Shown here: positions 37,101-49,518 of the stretch, piece after piece
Layout: every line of letters starts with the position of its first letter
Position numbering within the stretch: the first letter of the stretch is position 1
Source: Convolutriloba macropyga
Taxonomy: Eukaryota
Direction: 5' to 3'
Assembly (NCBI RefSeq): GCF_964194025.1
Contig: NC_134475.1
Coordinates: 24,676,001-24,740,000, forward strand
DNA: 64,000 nt
Position numbers and translations under genes: made by a program
Notes under the pieces: generated by a model
Databases searched by the model: none
What the model saw: only the letters and a program-made list of their open reading frames with translations
What the model was told of the DNA's origin: nothing

Positions 37101-40100
37101 AATTTTCCCCTTGCTCGTTGACTGATGACAGCGCCTCCCCAGGAACTCAAAAAATTTTCAAACGAACCCATAAACGTGACGGGTATGATACAGGCACCAA
37201 TTGCGAGCAATGGATGGCGACTTGAAGAAGCTGAATTTGTAGTAGTCCGTGATGGGCTAAAACCACTAGTGGGTAGAGATCTATTTGACGCTCTCGGAAT
37301 CTCAGTAACTCAAATCCCAAAACATGAAGGTAGTATGGTCAACACTATCACATCTCAATGTCCATTTAAAACACGTATCGCACAACAATTTCCTCAACTT
37401 ATTACACGTATTGGTCGCTCAAAAATACATATTGTCAAATCTAAATTCCATCGAAATTTTCAGCCAAAACATCAAAAGGGTAGAAGAGTAACCATTAATT
37501 TACAAGAACGAGTAAATAATGAAATTAAAAAACTTCTTGTAGAGGGACATATAGAAAAACTGAATAACTGTTCTGACCAATATTTTATTTCACCTATTGT
37601 AATCACAGTCAAACGAGATCAAACCATAAAGTTAGCACTAGATTCTAAAACTCTTAACAAAGCAATACAAAAAGAACAAATATCAGATGCCAAATATTGA
37701 AACACTTATGGATTCGATATCACAAATAATAACAAACTACAATACAGAACCAGCGGAACAAATATATTTCTCTACTATAGATCTTAAATATGCATACAGC
37801 CAACTAAACTTACACCCTGAAACTGCTAATCATTGTAATTTTAATATTATAAGTGGTGACATGACAGGCACATATCGATTCAAGACGGGATTTTACGGTC
37901 TTACAGACATGCCTGCCGAATTTCAGAAGGCAATGGATTACACCCTGATTGGACTTAAAAATACATTTTGTTTCTTAGACGACATCTTAATTGTTAGCAA
38001 AGGTTCAGAAGATGATCACTTCCAACTTGTATTAGATTGTCTTAAAAAATTGGATGCAGATAACCTTCGAATTAACCTTCCGAAATGCCACTTCGCGAAA
38101 TAACAAATTTCCTGGTTAGGATATAATATAACTCAATCTGGGATATCGCCACTCGAATCAAAAACATCCTCTATTATGTCATTACAACCACCTAATACAC
38201 TTAAAAAATTACGCTCATTTCTCGGCTCAGTCCACTATATTAGTAAATTTATTCCCAATTTAGCTCAACTTTGCCATCCTTTAAGACCTCTACTTCGTAA
38301 GTCCACTAAATACATTTGGACTGACACTCATACACTACAAATTAATGCCATTAAAACTCGCATAGCAAATCATACAGAAAACATTCACTATAACCCCCAA
38401 CTTGAAACACGAATCAAATGTGATGCTTCTCGGTCCGGATTGGGAGCAGCACTAGAACAACTAACAGTTGATGGTTGGAAGCCGATCTCTTTTGCATCAA
38501 GATTTTTAAACAGTAGTGAAGAACGTTATAGTATTAACGAATTAGAACTTCTTGGGGTAGTATGGTCCATAGAATATTTTAAAAATTATTTGTATGGTAA
38601 AGAATTCACTGTTATCACTGATCACCGCGCATTACTTTCCATTTTAAAAGAACATCGATCAAATAAAAGTTACAACAGTAGGTTATCACGATGGTTTGAT
38701 CGTCTTTTGCCTTATCAATTCTCAATAGAGCATCTACCTGGCGCGAAAATGGGACTAGTTGATTACATATCTCGAAATCCATATCAACCAGCAAAGTGTT
38801 TCCAAATATGACGAGGAATTTTTAGTTGCGACGTTATCGAGCATACATTCTGATGCTCAATTACTTCAACGAAAACACAATCTCTCAGCTAATTCACTTC
38901 AAAAATTATATATTGATATTGATGGTGAAAATAAAAATTCCACCACCAATACAGAACAAGTTTTAACCATAAATTACGTAACACCAAATCCTCAAACTGA
39001 AATTCATGATTTACTCGCCCCGCGAAACCATAGTTCAAAATTCTGTTCAAAACAAACTTCCAATTTAGACATAAATTCCGCCCAGCGTGTACGTTTAACA
39101 AATGAAAGTTCGAATCTCGCGGCGCGAAAATACAACTCTAATGTAACCTCCCTTAAATTCAATCATCCGTATAGTACACACGCCCCGCACGTACATTTAA
39201 CTAAAAATACTAAATCATTCGCTGATCAAAAACATAACTAATTTCTCCATTCCACTAATAGTATTAATTGTACTAGTGCACATGATCAGCGAGTACATTC
39301 AATTCAAAATGATTGCGTATTCGCGCATACATATCCTACTTCAAAAGTTTACACTTCTAATTCAAATAATACCACCTCCGATCTCGCATCGCGAGTACGC
39401 TTTTCCTTTAACAATTTAACACCCGCCCGGCATAATACTTTATTATTTACTCATAAGACTAGAATGCATTCCTCAGATGACTCTTTTGCAAAGCAAGTTA
39501 CTAATTACCCAATTCACTCTAAATTTGCGTCACATAGTCTACCATTTACAACTAATCCTGTACAAATTGAGTCTCAAATGCTAGTAAACACAAGAAAAGC
39601 GTCACTCGCTTAACAAAATACTTCCAAATTTACTCCATTAAGTCATTCTCACTTGTCAATCAAAAATCAGCCTCAAATTCCTACCTTTTTTAGTAAGCCA
39701 CACTCAAATACTTTAAATAACTCACGTGCTCAATTAACAAACAACAAACAAGTGCTTTTTGCCCAAACTCAACCTGAAATTCAGTTGTGTTCCTCTTTGT
39801 CAATTAACTTAATTGAAAAAATTCAACTCTCATCAACAATGAGTCAACAAGTTTCATCTCTCAAGGGAAAATCAATCTCCTCCCGAACAACCAGAGCTTC
39901 GCCTCGCGTGTCATTCACAGACAATGCAACCACAAGTACGCCACGCAGATCCTCCTCGCATTCAAATTTAAGCACCCCACTAACGGATAGTCTCCAAGTA
40001 AGGTCTTTTGAGAAAGTGGTGGGAAAAGTATTTAGCAAAGGTCTAATTGCATCACTCACAAGCAAGGACGCAGTTCTGAAAGAGGTTCGGGACTGTATAA

Positions 40101-43100
40101 TTCGGGGAGATGAAGAAAGACTAAAGGCCCTCAACCCGTATCTTCATAGCTATTGGCGGGACCTTCATGTGACTGGCGGGTGTGCTTGTATGGACGAGAA
40201 GGTGGCCATTCCGAATGCACTCAAAGATGCCCTCATTGACGATTTACATGCGAGTCACCCAGGAAGCTGGGGGATGGTATGTATGGCTCAGCACTGCTGC
40301 TGGCCATAAATGAATCGTGATTTGCTTGTCTAAGCAATAGAGTGCAAATCTTGCACTGTTATCGGTAAAAATTTAAAATCTGTCATTCCCGCAAAACAAT
40401 TTAAATCAACTACACCATGTATAGTTCCAAACCAAGAAATACAAATAGATTTTGCAGGGCCCATTAATAACGAAAAAGAACATGAAATATACATTTTAAC
40501 ATGCATTGATAGATTTTCAAAATACCCTTCTGCACAATTGGTTGATAATGCAAATTCCCCCAATGTCATAAAATTCTTAGATAATTATATACAAATTCAT
40601 GGAGTTCTTTGTTCCTTAAGAATAGACCAAGCTCGTTGTCTTATAGGTAACCAAAAAAAAAATTTTTGTACAAAAAATAATATCAGACTAATACCAGCTC
40701 CGGCAAACTATCATCGTGCAATAGGTTTAGTTGAACGACTTATTGGTACTATTAAACAACGCTTGGCATGTATGAAAGACGCAAATAAAGAAGTAAATTC
40801 GTTCACCATTAAAGCAGCATTAAAATCAATTATATACCAGCTTCGCATATGTAAACATAGAACAACTAAGGTTTCGCCATTCGAATCTCACTTTGGGCGT
40901 AAAGCCAATACACCACTTAGTAATATAAGTACTCAACCAAAATCATCTGACTTAAGTTATGAAAAAATTCTGAATCATTATTTAGATGAAGAAACTGTAA
41001 CCCCTAATGAATTGCTGCCGGAGGAACACTGGGGAAACAGCCGGAGTGACGACGAAATTGAACGCAACATGTGTAAGGCGACAAAGGATGCCACCACTCG
41101 CGAACGGCTAGCAACTGATAATGAATCCCGTTTCCTTCGCACCACGCAAGCGCATCGTCCACCTCCATTGAAAGAACACGCCGTACAGTTAAACATTGCC
41201 CGAAAGAAACATCTTCATAAAAGATCCAAGAAGAATCTGGACGGTTTGTATGAGGTGTTGGCCTCAGGATCGGTAGTACAAAAGACCGATCAATACACTT
41301 CGGTCATTCGCGAGCCGGGAAAGATGGAAGTGACAGTGCGCAATAGTGATATTGCAAAATTTGGTACTCGGGAAGAACAAAAAACCAAATTAACCGAATA
41401 CATAAACCGTCGAGGACCCCGCACGCACGAGAAAACAACTGAGGCTAAGATACTTAGCCACATCAAAGAGTGTACCCGCATACAAAAAGGAGACCGAAAA
41501 ATGAAGCATCGAAAACGAGAAACTGGTAGCGGTGTATCCTCAAACAAATCCAACATTGCTCGCGCAATGCGAGTACGCTTGCCTAAAGTTCCGGACAATT
41601 TCGCTCCCCAAGTAATACCCGAAATTCCAGAGGCTGCTCCCGAACAGCAAATTATAAATGGAGAAGTATTAATTGCACCCCCTCCTACAAATGCTCAACA
41701 AGAAGCACTCTTATCATCTCCTTCAGTTCCAACAACAACATTACCCCATACTCTGACAAGAACAACAAAACGGACTAGAAAAAGTCCTAAATATTATGGA
41801 TATGATAAAGAAGATTCATCTGGTGACTCCACTAATTCGTGTCCTCCGAACTTTGCTCCACCTCGTAGGAAGCGACGCGTCGGCGACATCGAATCGATAC
41901 AACCTTCGGTTGTACAAACAATTGTTGATACAGCTACGCGGGTTGAACCTATCGCAAACGACTTTCCCTCGCCTATCATAGGACAGGTGTCACCGACGGA
42001 CCCCCGTATACAGCACTTCAAATGAGCTAATCATTGATGAAGAAGACATGTGAAAACTCTGATTAATTAAAACTTGATACATTATTAATTATGACTAGCT
42101 ATGATAACCAGTAAATATATTGTTGATACTATTTAACCAGTGAATAAGTATTATTATTATTCATATTGTTATTAAAATTTTACTTTATGTAATTTTAATT
42201 TTCTTTGAAGCGGGAGAAATGTCATACATCATAAAACAATTCAGTGCAGTAAATTTATCATACGATGTACTTCATTTATTTAGTGTACTTATTCCTGAGG
42301 GGCATGTGTATAAGTCATTGTTACTTCACATGCTAGTCTGTTGTTCCCATCTCCCATATCGGGAAATTATTGTTCACGTTTGTTATGACTTCTGGAATAC
42401 CAGTTGCCTTAATCTTCATTCTCTTAGTTTTGCACTTCGCGTACAGTTGCTCAATTTAACTTATTCTTCATTAACTGTCTTTACAAATCGAGTAAAGTAA
42501 ACGAATAATCCTTACGCGATTCGCTAAGCGGATTCATTTAGAAATTGTGTAAAGCGCACTCGCCGCGCAAGTAGGACATAGAACATAAACGCAACTCGCA
42601 ACTCAAGAACAAGTACGCAATCTCACTTGCGTACGATAGGGTTTACCCTCACCGGTTACCATCAAATTTTTTTCTTGCAATGTAGTTGTTTTTATAAGTA
42701 ATGTTCTTAAGATGAACTCGAAGTCATCACTTGGCAAAAACTGATGGAATAAACAAATCTGAGTAACCTAACACCGGTATAAAAATCATTACTGACTGGT
42801 ATAGAGAGCATATTGAAAAACTATAATAGAAATTTAACGAGGAATTGGCATAAAACATCTTTAAAAATAAGTCCAGGAACGTCTTGAAAGTCAGATTAAT
42901 TCGAATGACGGGTGGAACGGTGGAACACAGTTATTTTAGATGAAAAAGGAGTATTTAGAAATCTGATAGTTTTTCTATTTATCTTATCCAAAAAATTAAG
43001 CAAAATTAACATGAGGATGTGCAGAAACTTAATGAAATTAAATAAAAACAGAAATTCAACAATTTTTTATGGAAAATAACTCGCGTTCAAAGGAAGCACT

Positions 43101-46100
43101 TATGTACGAGAACTACCTAATTTCACGTTTAAATTTTTTTTTTCAGAACTTTGATCGAAAACATAGGAAATTAAAGCTTTTTTCCCAACAATTTTCAAAA
43201 TTACTTGCCAATTTTTAATCTTCCTTAAAAAACCAAGATATTGAGCAAACTTAATTAATACAAATTAGTTTTAACGTTGATTTGTTGTCATTGCTCAGAT
43301 TTTATTTTTTTCAAGCTTTACGTTTTGTGGATATAATTTTCAAAAAATTCCAATGAACATTAGACAAATTATAGGAAATGGAGCTAGAAAAATCGACAAC
43401 GCCTTAAAAAACGTCCACACGGCCAAAAAGTCACAAAAATGTAAGTAGCGGCGACCAGAAATTACTTTTCTCCACAAAGCATCAGCAAGTTTCAAAACTG
43501 GATGCTGTGAAAATGGTCAGCTGTGGTGTAAAGATGTAGTAAATTTATTTGGCTCTTTTTCTTAAATGTTTCGCATTTTAAATTCCTTAAGAAATCAATT
43601 CCTTTAAAAACTTGTTTCTAAAAGTTTCTACCAGAAATGCCTACTAAAAATTAATCCTTTTAATTCAATCCTTGCAAAATTTATAGACAAATTCATTTCA
43701 TGTTCTCACTGATTAGGTTAACTGTCACATCTTAGGTTAGCTAGGATTGATGCTATTTAGTTGAAACGATTGCGGCAACTTACGTACACTTTGAGATTCA
43801 AAAAATGTGATTGTAATGGAGTAATTATCGCCGCTTCCACTGTATCTGGTCGTTTCTCCCGTTTTTTCTCCAAGAAATTTATGCATTATAGTTAGACAAG
43901 CACTGGCTGCGTGCGTAAATTTTCCTCAACGCAATGGGAGAACAGATTCGCTCTTAGGCAGAAAAGGTTTTCATCTGGAAGCTTATTCTGCGTCAGAGCT
44001 TTTTTTCAAAGCATACGGAAGAATTTTGGATTTCTGTTCAAACTATAAAAAGCTTACTAATCAATCCAAGAGCACTCAAAAAGTACCCAAATCCAGATCC
44101 TCCTGCAATTAAAACCAGCTGATCATAACTGTCAATGTTGTTCACTATAGCGTAGAAGGAACTCCTGTACGGTCCATAAGAGCGAATGTCAAAGTCGACA
44201 AAATCCTCCACGTCATCATCATCATCAACATCTTCGTTATCGTCTTCCAAGAGGGTATCCAACACTCGGGGTTCAAAGTTGCTGTTTAGTGCCAGTTCAC
44301 CTTCTGCAGCATACGTATCGCTAAATTTCTCAATTATTCGCTCGTTTGATTTCACTTCAGATTTATTTGATACACTCAAATGGAACTCGTTTTTGGTGGT
44401 CATCAGTTTTTCTGCTTTCCTGAAATGCGGTCAGTTTTTTTAAAACTGACCACTTGGTGGTCAGTTTTAAAAAAATACTCAAAGCTACATGGATGCAGTA
44501 TATCCAACTTATTATCAAGCAAGTTCCATGGAGTGCTGGCTAATCGACCTATTACAAGGGTAATTTGTTGCCGAGAAAATTAATGTATTGAAACATTTTT
44601 TTTCATACAGATTGAAACCAAATCCAGCGTAAGTTTTTGCCAATTGGCAATCAATGCGAACAATTAATCAGGTCTTCCACTTTTAAGAACAACGCGGCTC
44701 GGTAATGTGCGATCGCACATAAGGTTCCGACCCCGCTCATCCACAATTTTGACATAATTGTCTACCAAATGAGGAGAAGGTAGAAAAACCCAAAACAAAA
44801 TTTGGCGTATGAACGAAAAGATAGCCTCTAAAACAAATAACTCAGTGGAGTAAACAATGATGCATTAGATTGATGAGTTACGCCGATATTAGGAAAGCGA
44901 GCGAAGACGAACGGCAAAATCAAAGAACAACAACAAACATGAATTACATCAAAAAATTTATGTCAGTTTTAAAAACCAAAACTTAATAACAAAATCAAAA
45001 CAACGTCAGATAAAACTGAAAATGAACAAAATAACTTGGAATTCACCAGAAAAAAAATGGTTTTTCACCAGTTCATAATAAAGCTTGGTAACAATTAGAC
45101 AAAAGAGAACAGGAACTTGAAAGTTAAATAATTCGCTGAAAACAGTTAATTTCAAAGTAATGAAAACCGTTATGAATCAACTAAAATATCCCAAAGGTTT
45201 ACAATTACCAATGCTTCTATAGAAGCGAATTAAGAACGCTTGGTATTCAATTTTTTGTGCAACTACAAAAAGAACAACAAATAGACAACAAACTAAAAAT
45301 CAATTAAAACTTGCCAGAAAACGCTTTGGAAGCCAAAAGCCATACTTTGGCCCCCAAAATATGTTTGACTGCACCTTCTGCGAACATTGATACTGTATTA
45401 TCTGGCCCCTCATTAATGAAAATAAGCAACAATTAAACAAAAAAGAAAAAATGCAAAATTATGTAAAACTTGTTTTCTTTGGAAAAAAGTTTAATTCCAA
45501 ATACATGAAAGCCATTAATTGCAAAATGAAAAAGTTGAATAGGTTCATCCATTCACCCAAAGGAACTCCTTGAGACCTGCAAATATCCAGAATATGTCTT
45601 ACGTCTACAAAAAGAACGTCAAATAGGACAAAAATCAAAATTTCATCTACTTTTTTTTGTGAAAAATCCGTGTGGAAGCCAGGAAAGTCATAACGAATTC
45701 TCTTAAAACACTAGATTTTGTAATACCAATCCCTTTTGACACCTTCCTTTGAAATTTATTATTTGACCTCTTATTAAAGAAACTTTGTAACAATTAGACC
45801 AAAAAGAAAAGGCAAGATTATGTAAAATTTGTTTTTATCGAAAAATTATTTCCAAAGACATGAAATCCATTAATTACAAAATGAAAAATTTAAATAGGTT
45901 GTTTTATTCTTCCAAAAGAAAGCCCTCGAGACCAGCAATTAACAAGAAAATGTCTTACATCTATAAAAAGAACGTCAAATATGTCAAAAATCAAAGATCA
46001 ATTTACTTTTTTGTGAACAACCAGTGTCGAAGCCAGTAAATTCATAACGAATTCTTTAAAAACATTAGAATTTGTGACACCGATCCCTTTTGACACCTTC

Positions 46101-49060
46101 ATTTCACAAAACAATGTCATCTCAAACCTTTAATTAACGAGACCAGGTAACAAACAGACAATAAAAGGACCAAAATTGCGAAGTTTAAATTTTTTTTTAT
46201 TTTGGAAAACAATTGTTTTCAAAGTCATGAAAGCCATTATCTATCTTCTAATATCAGAACGTCGGCTCATCTACTCTTCCAGGAAAAGCAAATCAAATCG
46301 GGTCATTGTACAGGAAAATAAATACGACTAAAAAGACAAAGTAAAACCGACACCTGAAGACAAAATTAAAAAATTCAATTAATTTCTTCGAGGAAGTATT
46401 GTCGAAGCGGTAAAGAACCACAATCTATATCTTTAAGGACTTAAATATTATCAATAGTACGTTATTTTAAACACGAAAAATGTGACATATGAACTGACAA
46501 TAGCGTGATAATTTGACAAAATTAGAAAACATGAAAAATGGGCAAAAACCTAAAAATTAAAAAAAGTTTGTGAAATCTAGTAGTATCAAAGCCAGAATAC
46601 CACAATTTAAGAAGTAAAACCGCAGGAGAGACTAAATTTGAATTCAGCAGAAAGAAGGAGCACTCTTTGACTGCTGACACTAAGCTACAAGTTGACCAAA
46701 GTAAGAGAAAAACGGAGGCAAAGTTCAATAAGCCATTTTTTTTTAAAAATTCAAATATTTTAAAAAACAAAACGACCTTAAACGACCACAAGCAATCAAC
46801 TAGATTAATTAATTTCAAGCTAAATAGGAAGCCAAAAGGACCTATCACTAGTGAACTTCGATTTGAAATGTTATGTTATCTAATTAATATAAAAAATTAA
46901 ATCGAATTTTTTTTTTTAATAAAAAACCGACTTATGACAATCCGAATTATTTTTGGATTGTAACGATCCAAAATTGGTACAGAACTAGTCCTGCTAGTGT
47001 TGATTTTCCGTTAAGAATATTTAATTTTTGGAATGTCATTGATATAGATATTTTGTTTGTTGAAAAATCAAAAGTAAATGCTGCATTTTTGATAATCAAC
47101 GAATAAATGCTGCGTTTTTGATAATCAACGAATAATATTAATAGCAAAAAACGGCAAATACTTAATTACAGAGCACTCTCAACGGAAGTTGAAGTAGAAT
47201 TAGCCCCCTTTTCAGTATACGAAGATTCTTTTAGTGGTGTTTGGGTGTGCACTTCCAGCAAATTTTATCAGAGTGGACTAAAGAAACTTATTTCGTGCTG
47301 TTTTTGATGAAAAAGTCTTAAAATTTGTGAAATTTTTAGCCGGAATTTGACAAAAAAAAATTCAATGAAAATGGCCGACAATGTATTTTGTCTTTAAACG
47401 TAAAATCAACAACATTTTCATGAAAAAATTCATTAAATTTAATCAAAATTGGCGAAATTTTAGTCAAAAATTCCGAAAAATGTGAATGAAATCAACGGAA
47501 TTCACCCTATTTTCTCGAAAGCTTAAACCTCGATATCTCCCTCTCAAAAACAAAATTTAAAAAAAAATCTTTTTAATTCCATATTCTACGCTGGACAAGC
47601 TTTCTAAAGATACCAGTCTCAACTCTCTACGATGAATATATCGATCGGCCAAAATTGACTGAACAAAAAAAACCCAGTTGAGTATATAGTTCCTCCCCCC
47701 TTCAAGAGGGGTCGGAACAATAAAAACGAACATCAAAATACAAACTATTCCTATATTCTTAATTCCTAAATGATACTATGTGATTTGATTCATATGGAGT
47801 GACATTTAAGTGTTGACCTTTGATTTTATTGTCATGAAATAGAAATATACATGCTTGAATGAAACACAAGTTTCAGTCAGCAAAAAAGCGATGAAGAAAA
47901 ATTTAAATTCCATCATTTCTCTGAAAACGTGAAAAATACCATCTTTACCTGTTCATCAACCACATGCTCCAAGATTGTTTATTTTTCGGGTTTGCCGTGA
48001 TGACAAATCCGATGTTCCACACGTGCCTAGTGGCCGGATCCCAATTCTGAAAAGAAGTATAGGGATGCGCCCTCTGGACAATAGGTGTACAAGGGGCTCT
48101 AATTCGATATCGGTGTAGTAGCCAGTAATTATCCCCACAACCCTGACCCTCATAGGGTAAATTCGGTAAATAACCGTAGATAACAAAACTCCCCTCCGAT
48201 ATTTTGTCAATTTTCTTGACTGTGAATTTTTGAACGCGGTAGAAAAATGTGGCCAAAATACGATCAATAATGTAAAGAAATATGAATGGTAAGTTAAAAC
48301 GCCAGCAAAGTGGGTGTGAGTTCTTCCGAACCATATCAATCATAAACGCGAATCCTGCAAACGCATGAATTCCCATTGCCAAAGAATAGCTTTTATAAAG
48401 CATCCAGTCCGCACGACTCAAAGGCATCAAAATACAGAAACAAATAATAGCCAGAACGAGGCGGAATAGTTCGTCAACTGAGAACACGACTTGACCATCT
48501 TGTATGTAGTCTTTAAAGGTCCTAACGAACGGATCCCACCATTCACGGAAGTCGGTTCCGTCAAGTAGTAAATTCAACGGAGTCCCGTCTAGAATGGTCG
48601 GCAGAATCAGTAATGCGCAATGCAGTACCACCACAACTCCGTTCAGCCAGATTCCCGCAAACTTGTGAATCGCCCAATTCGAATGCCGGACGTCCATGTC
48701 AATCCATCTCGGAGCCGCTTCCTCAAGCATGTTTGGAAAAACCCACATTACAGTGACGAAAGCAATGTTTAAAGATACAATTAGAGTGCGAGCTGTAACT
48801 ATCCAAAACCATTCTGTAATCCAGCCTCCGATTCTGTCCGGAGAATATTCTGGGTACTTGTTTCTGGACCCTCGATGCAACATTATATCACCCTCCGTAA
48901 GACTTATCCAGAGTCTATCACCCACAGCCAGAGTAAAAGACATTATGGAAACAGTCCAAAACAGTCCATAATATGAGATTCTTCGTGGAATTATTCTGGA
49001 CCATCGAAAGTAACGAAATTTAAATCTGTCAGACTCTGTATGAATCTGGCTACAACCCAT
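27749..49060 (-). CDS. Ferric reductase / NADPH oxidase superfamily flavocytochrome b, 634 aa, 3 exons: join(49060..47949, 44419..44058, 28179..27749)
   Basis: Multi-TM heme domain (WAIHKFAGIWLNGVVVVLH; MGIHAF), FAD motif HPYTS, SYGPY, NAD(P)H motif LIAGGSGFG, then VTLMYSAR, HYTG, GRMN, VCVCASNAL and C-terminal EEF. Splice sites AG|GTAAAG, TTTCAG|G, A|GTAAGC and TGTTTTAG|AC are phase-consistent (1905 nt). Confidence 0.85.
28611..35392 (+). repeat. Nested ~0.9-1.0-kb tandem array (six units, arranged as two ~3.3-kb higher-order blocks), probably the interior of a HINE-like element
   Basis: TCTCCGC...ACAGAAAC-like cores at ~29800, 30826, 31789, 32662, 33546 and 34484. 28670-29050 and 29455-29800 align with 31940-32660. 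Starts with TTTGTGCCCCC plus hairpin GTGCGT-T-ACGCAC. Confidence 0.8.
29053..29447. mobile_element. 395-bp MITE-like insertion with TAGAGTT target duplication
   Basis: Absent from the paralogous block at ~32310; TAGAGTT at 29046-29052 and 29448-29454; subterminal AAGCCGA / TCGGCTT inverted motifs. Confidence 0.75.
35424..35842 (+). repeat. 5' LTR
   Basis: TGTCATACATC...CGTACGACA; about 10 mismatches to the 3' LTR by manual count. Confidence 0.95.
35842..42025 (+). pseudogene. gag-pol: Gypsy gag-pol polyprotein, broken by stops and frameshifts
   Basis: Gag with two Cys/His knuckles (CRNC...H; CNNC...HFSRVC); protease LIYSGS (catalytic D appears replaced); RT IDLKYAYSQ, YGLTDMPAEFQ, FLDD; RNase H CDAS, ELELLGVVW, TDHRAL; integrase HHCC, IDFAGP, RIDQA, GLVER. 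Confidence 0.93.
42220..42638 (+). repeat. 3' LTR
   Basis: TGTCATACATC...CGTACGATA, preceded by a polypurine tract. Confidence 0.95.
44058..44419 (-). CDS. Ferric reductase-like gene exon 2 (acidic loop, GPY and GGSG motifs)
   Basis: Matches ORF 44038-44403 extended to the acceptor; SYGPY, LVLIAGGSGFG. Confidence 0.85.
44688..47723 (-). mobile_element. HINE family 1, copy 2; fills most of intron 1 of the ferric reductase-like gene
   Basis: Reverse-complement homolog of 10787-13795 with the same ends (ATGTGCGATCGCACAT, GTTCCGACCC ... GGGTCGGAACAA). Confidence 0.78.
47949..49060 (-). CDS. Ferric reductase-like gene exon 1 (TM heme domain and start of FAD domain)
   Basis: ATG MGCSQ at 49060 (the track start at 49120 is TTG); 1112 nt; ends WLMN-R at a GT donor. 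Confidence 0.88.
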
Positions 49061-49304
49061 GATTATGAATGATACACTTATTTGACATTGATTGAAAGTG
49101 CCTTTCGTTCCACACTTCAACTCGACTATTTCGAGACAAAGAAAATCAAATAACCGTGCCGATAAGTAATTTTATCATGCTGTTGAACTTACATCAAGAT
49201 GGTGCTTGAGAGACAACACACAGTTTGCATGATTTCAACGAAAACGAAGAACTCTGAAGTTATGTTTAGTTTGCGTAAAGAAATAATGAGCGCAGTCGAT
49301 TTTA

Positions 49305-49518
49305 TAGTCTGTCCCATAAAGTTGAAATAAGCGAACGTTCGAAAACGTCAAAAACAGGCAATTGAGCATCAAATTGGCCATTTGAATGTCAACGTTTTTT
49401 CGATTAAGCTTATATTCATCAACTTTTTTCTACATGTTTTAAATTTGAACTTTGACCTTTGAACTCTAACCTGTGGCTTTTGAGACGTTCGCTTATTTCA
49501 ACTTTATGGGACGCGCTA
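49305..49518. mobile_element. 214-bp TA-flanked MITE (Tc1/mariner-type) upstream of the ferric reductase-like gene
   Basis: 34-bp TIRs TAGTCTGTCCCATAAAGTTGAAATAAGCGAACGT / ACGTTCGCTTATTTCAACTTTATGGGACGCGCTA, with TA on both sides. Confidence 0.8.

Larger units (their letters stand above)
35424..42638 (+). mobile_element. Full-length but decayed Ty3/Gypsy LTR retrotransposon (Mag-like), antisense within intron 2 of the ferric reductase-like gene
   Basis: 419-bp LTRs at 35424-35842 and 42220-42638 (TG...CA / TG...TA); 5-bp TSD GGGTT; PBS TGGCGCAGTC; PPT GAAGCGGGAGAAA; gag-PR-RT-RH-IN order. Confidence 0.97.

Noticed and set aside
42219-42500. 93-aa ORF after pol (env-like?)
   Set aside because: Lies essentially within the 3' LTR; no signal peptide or fusion-protein features.
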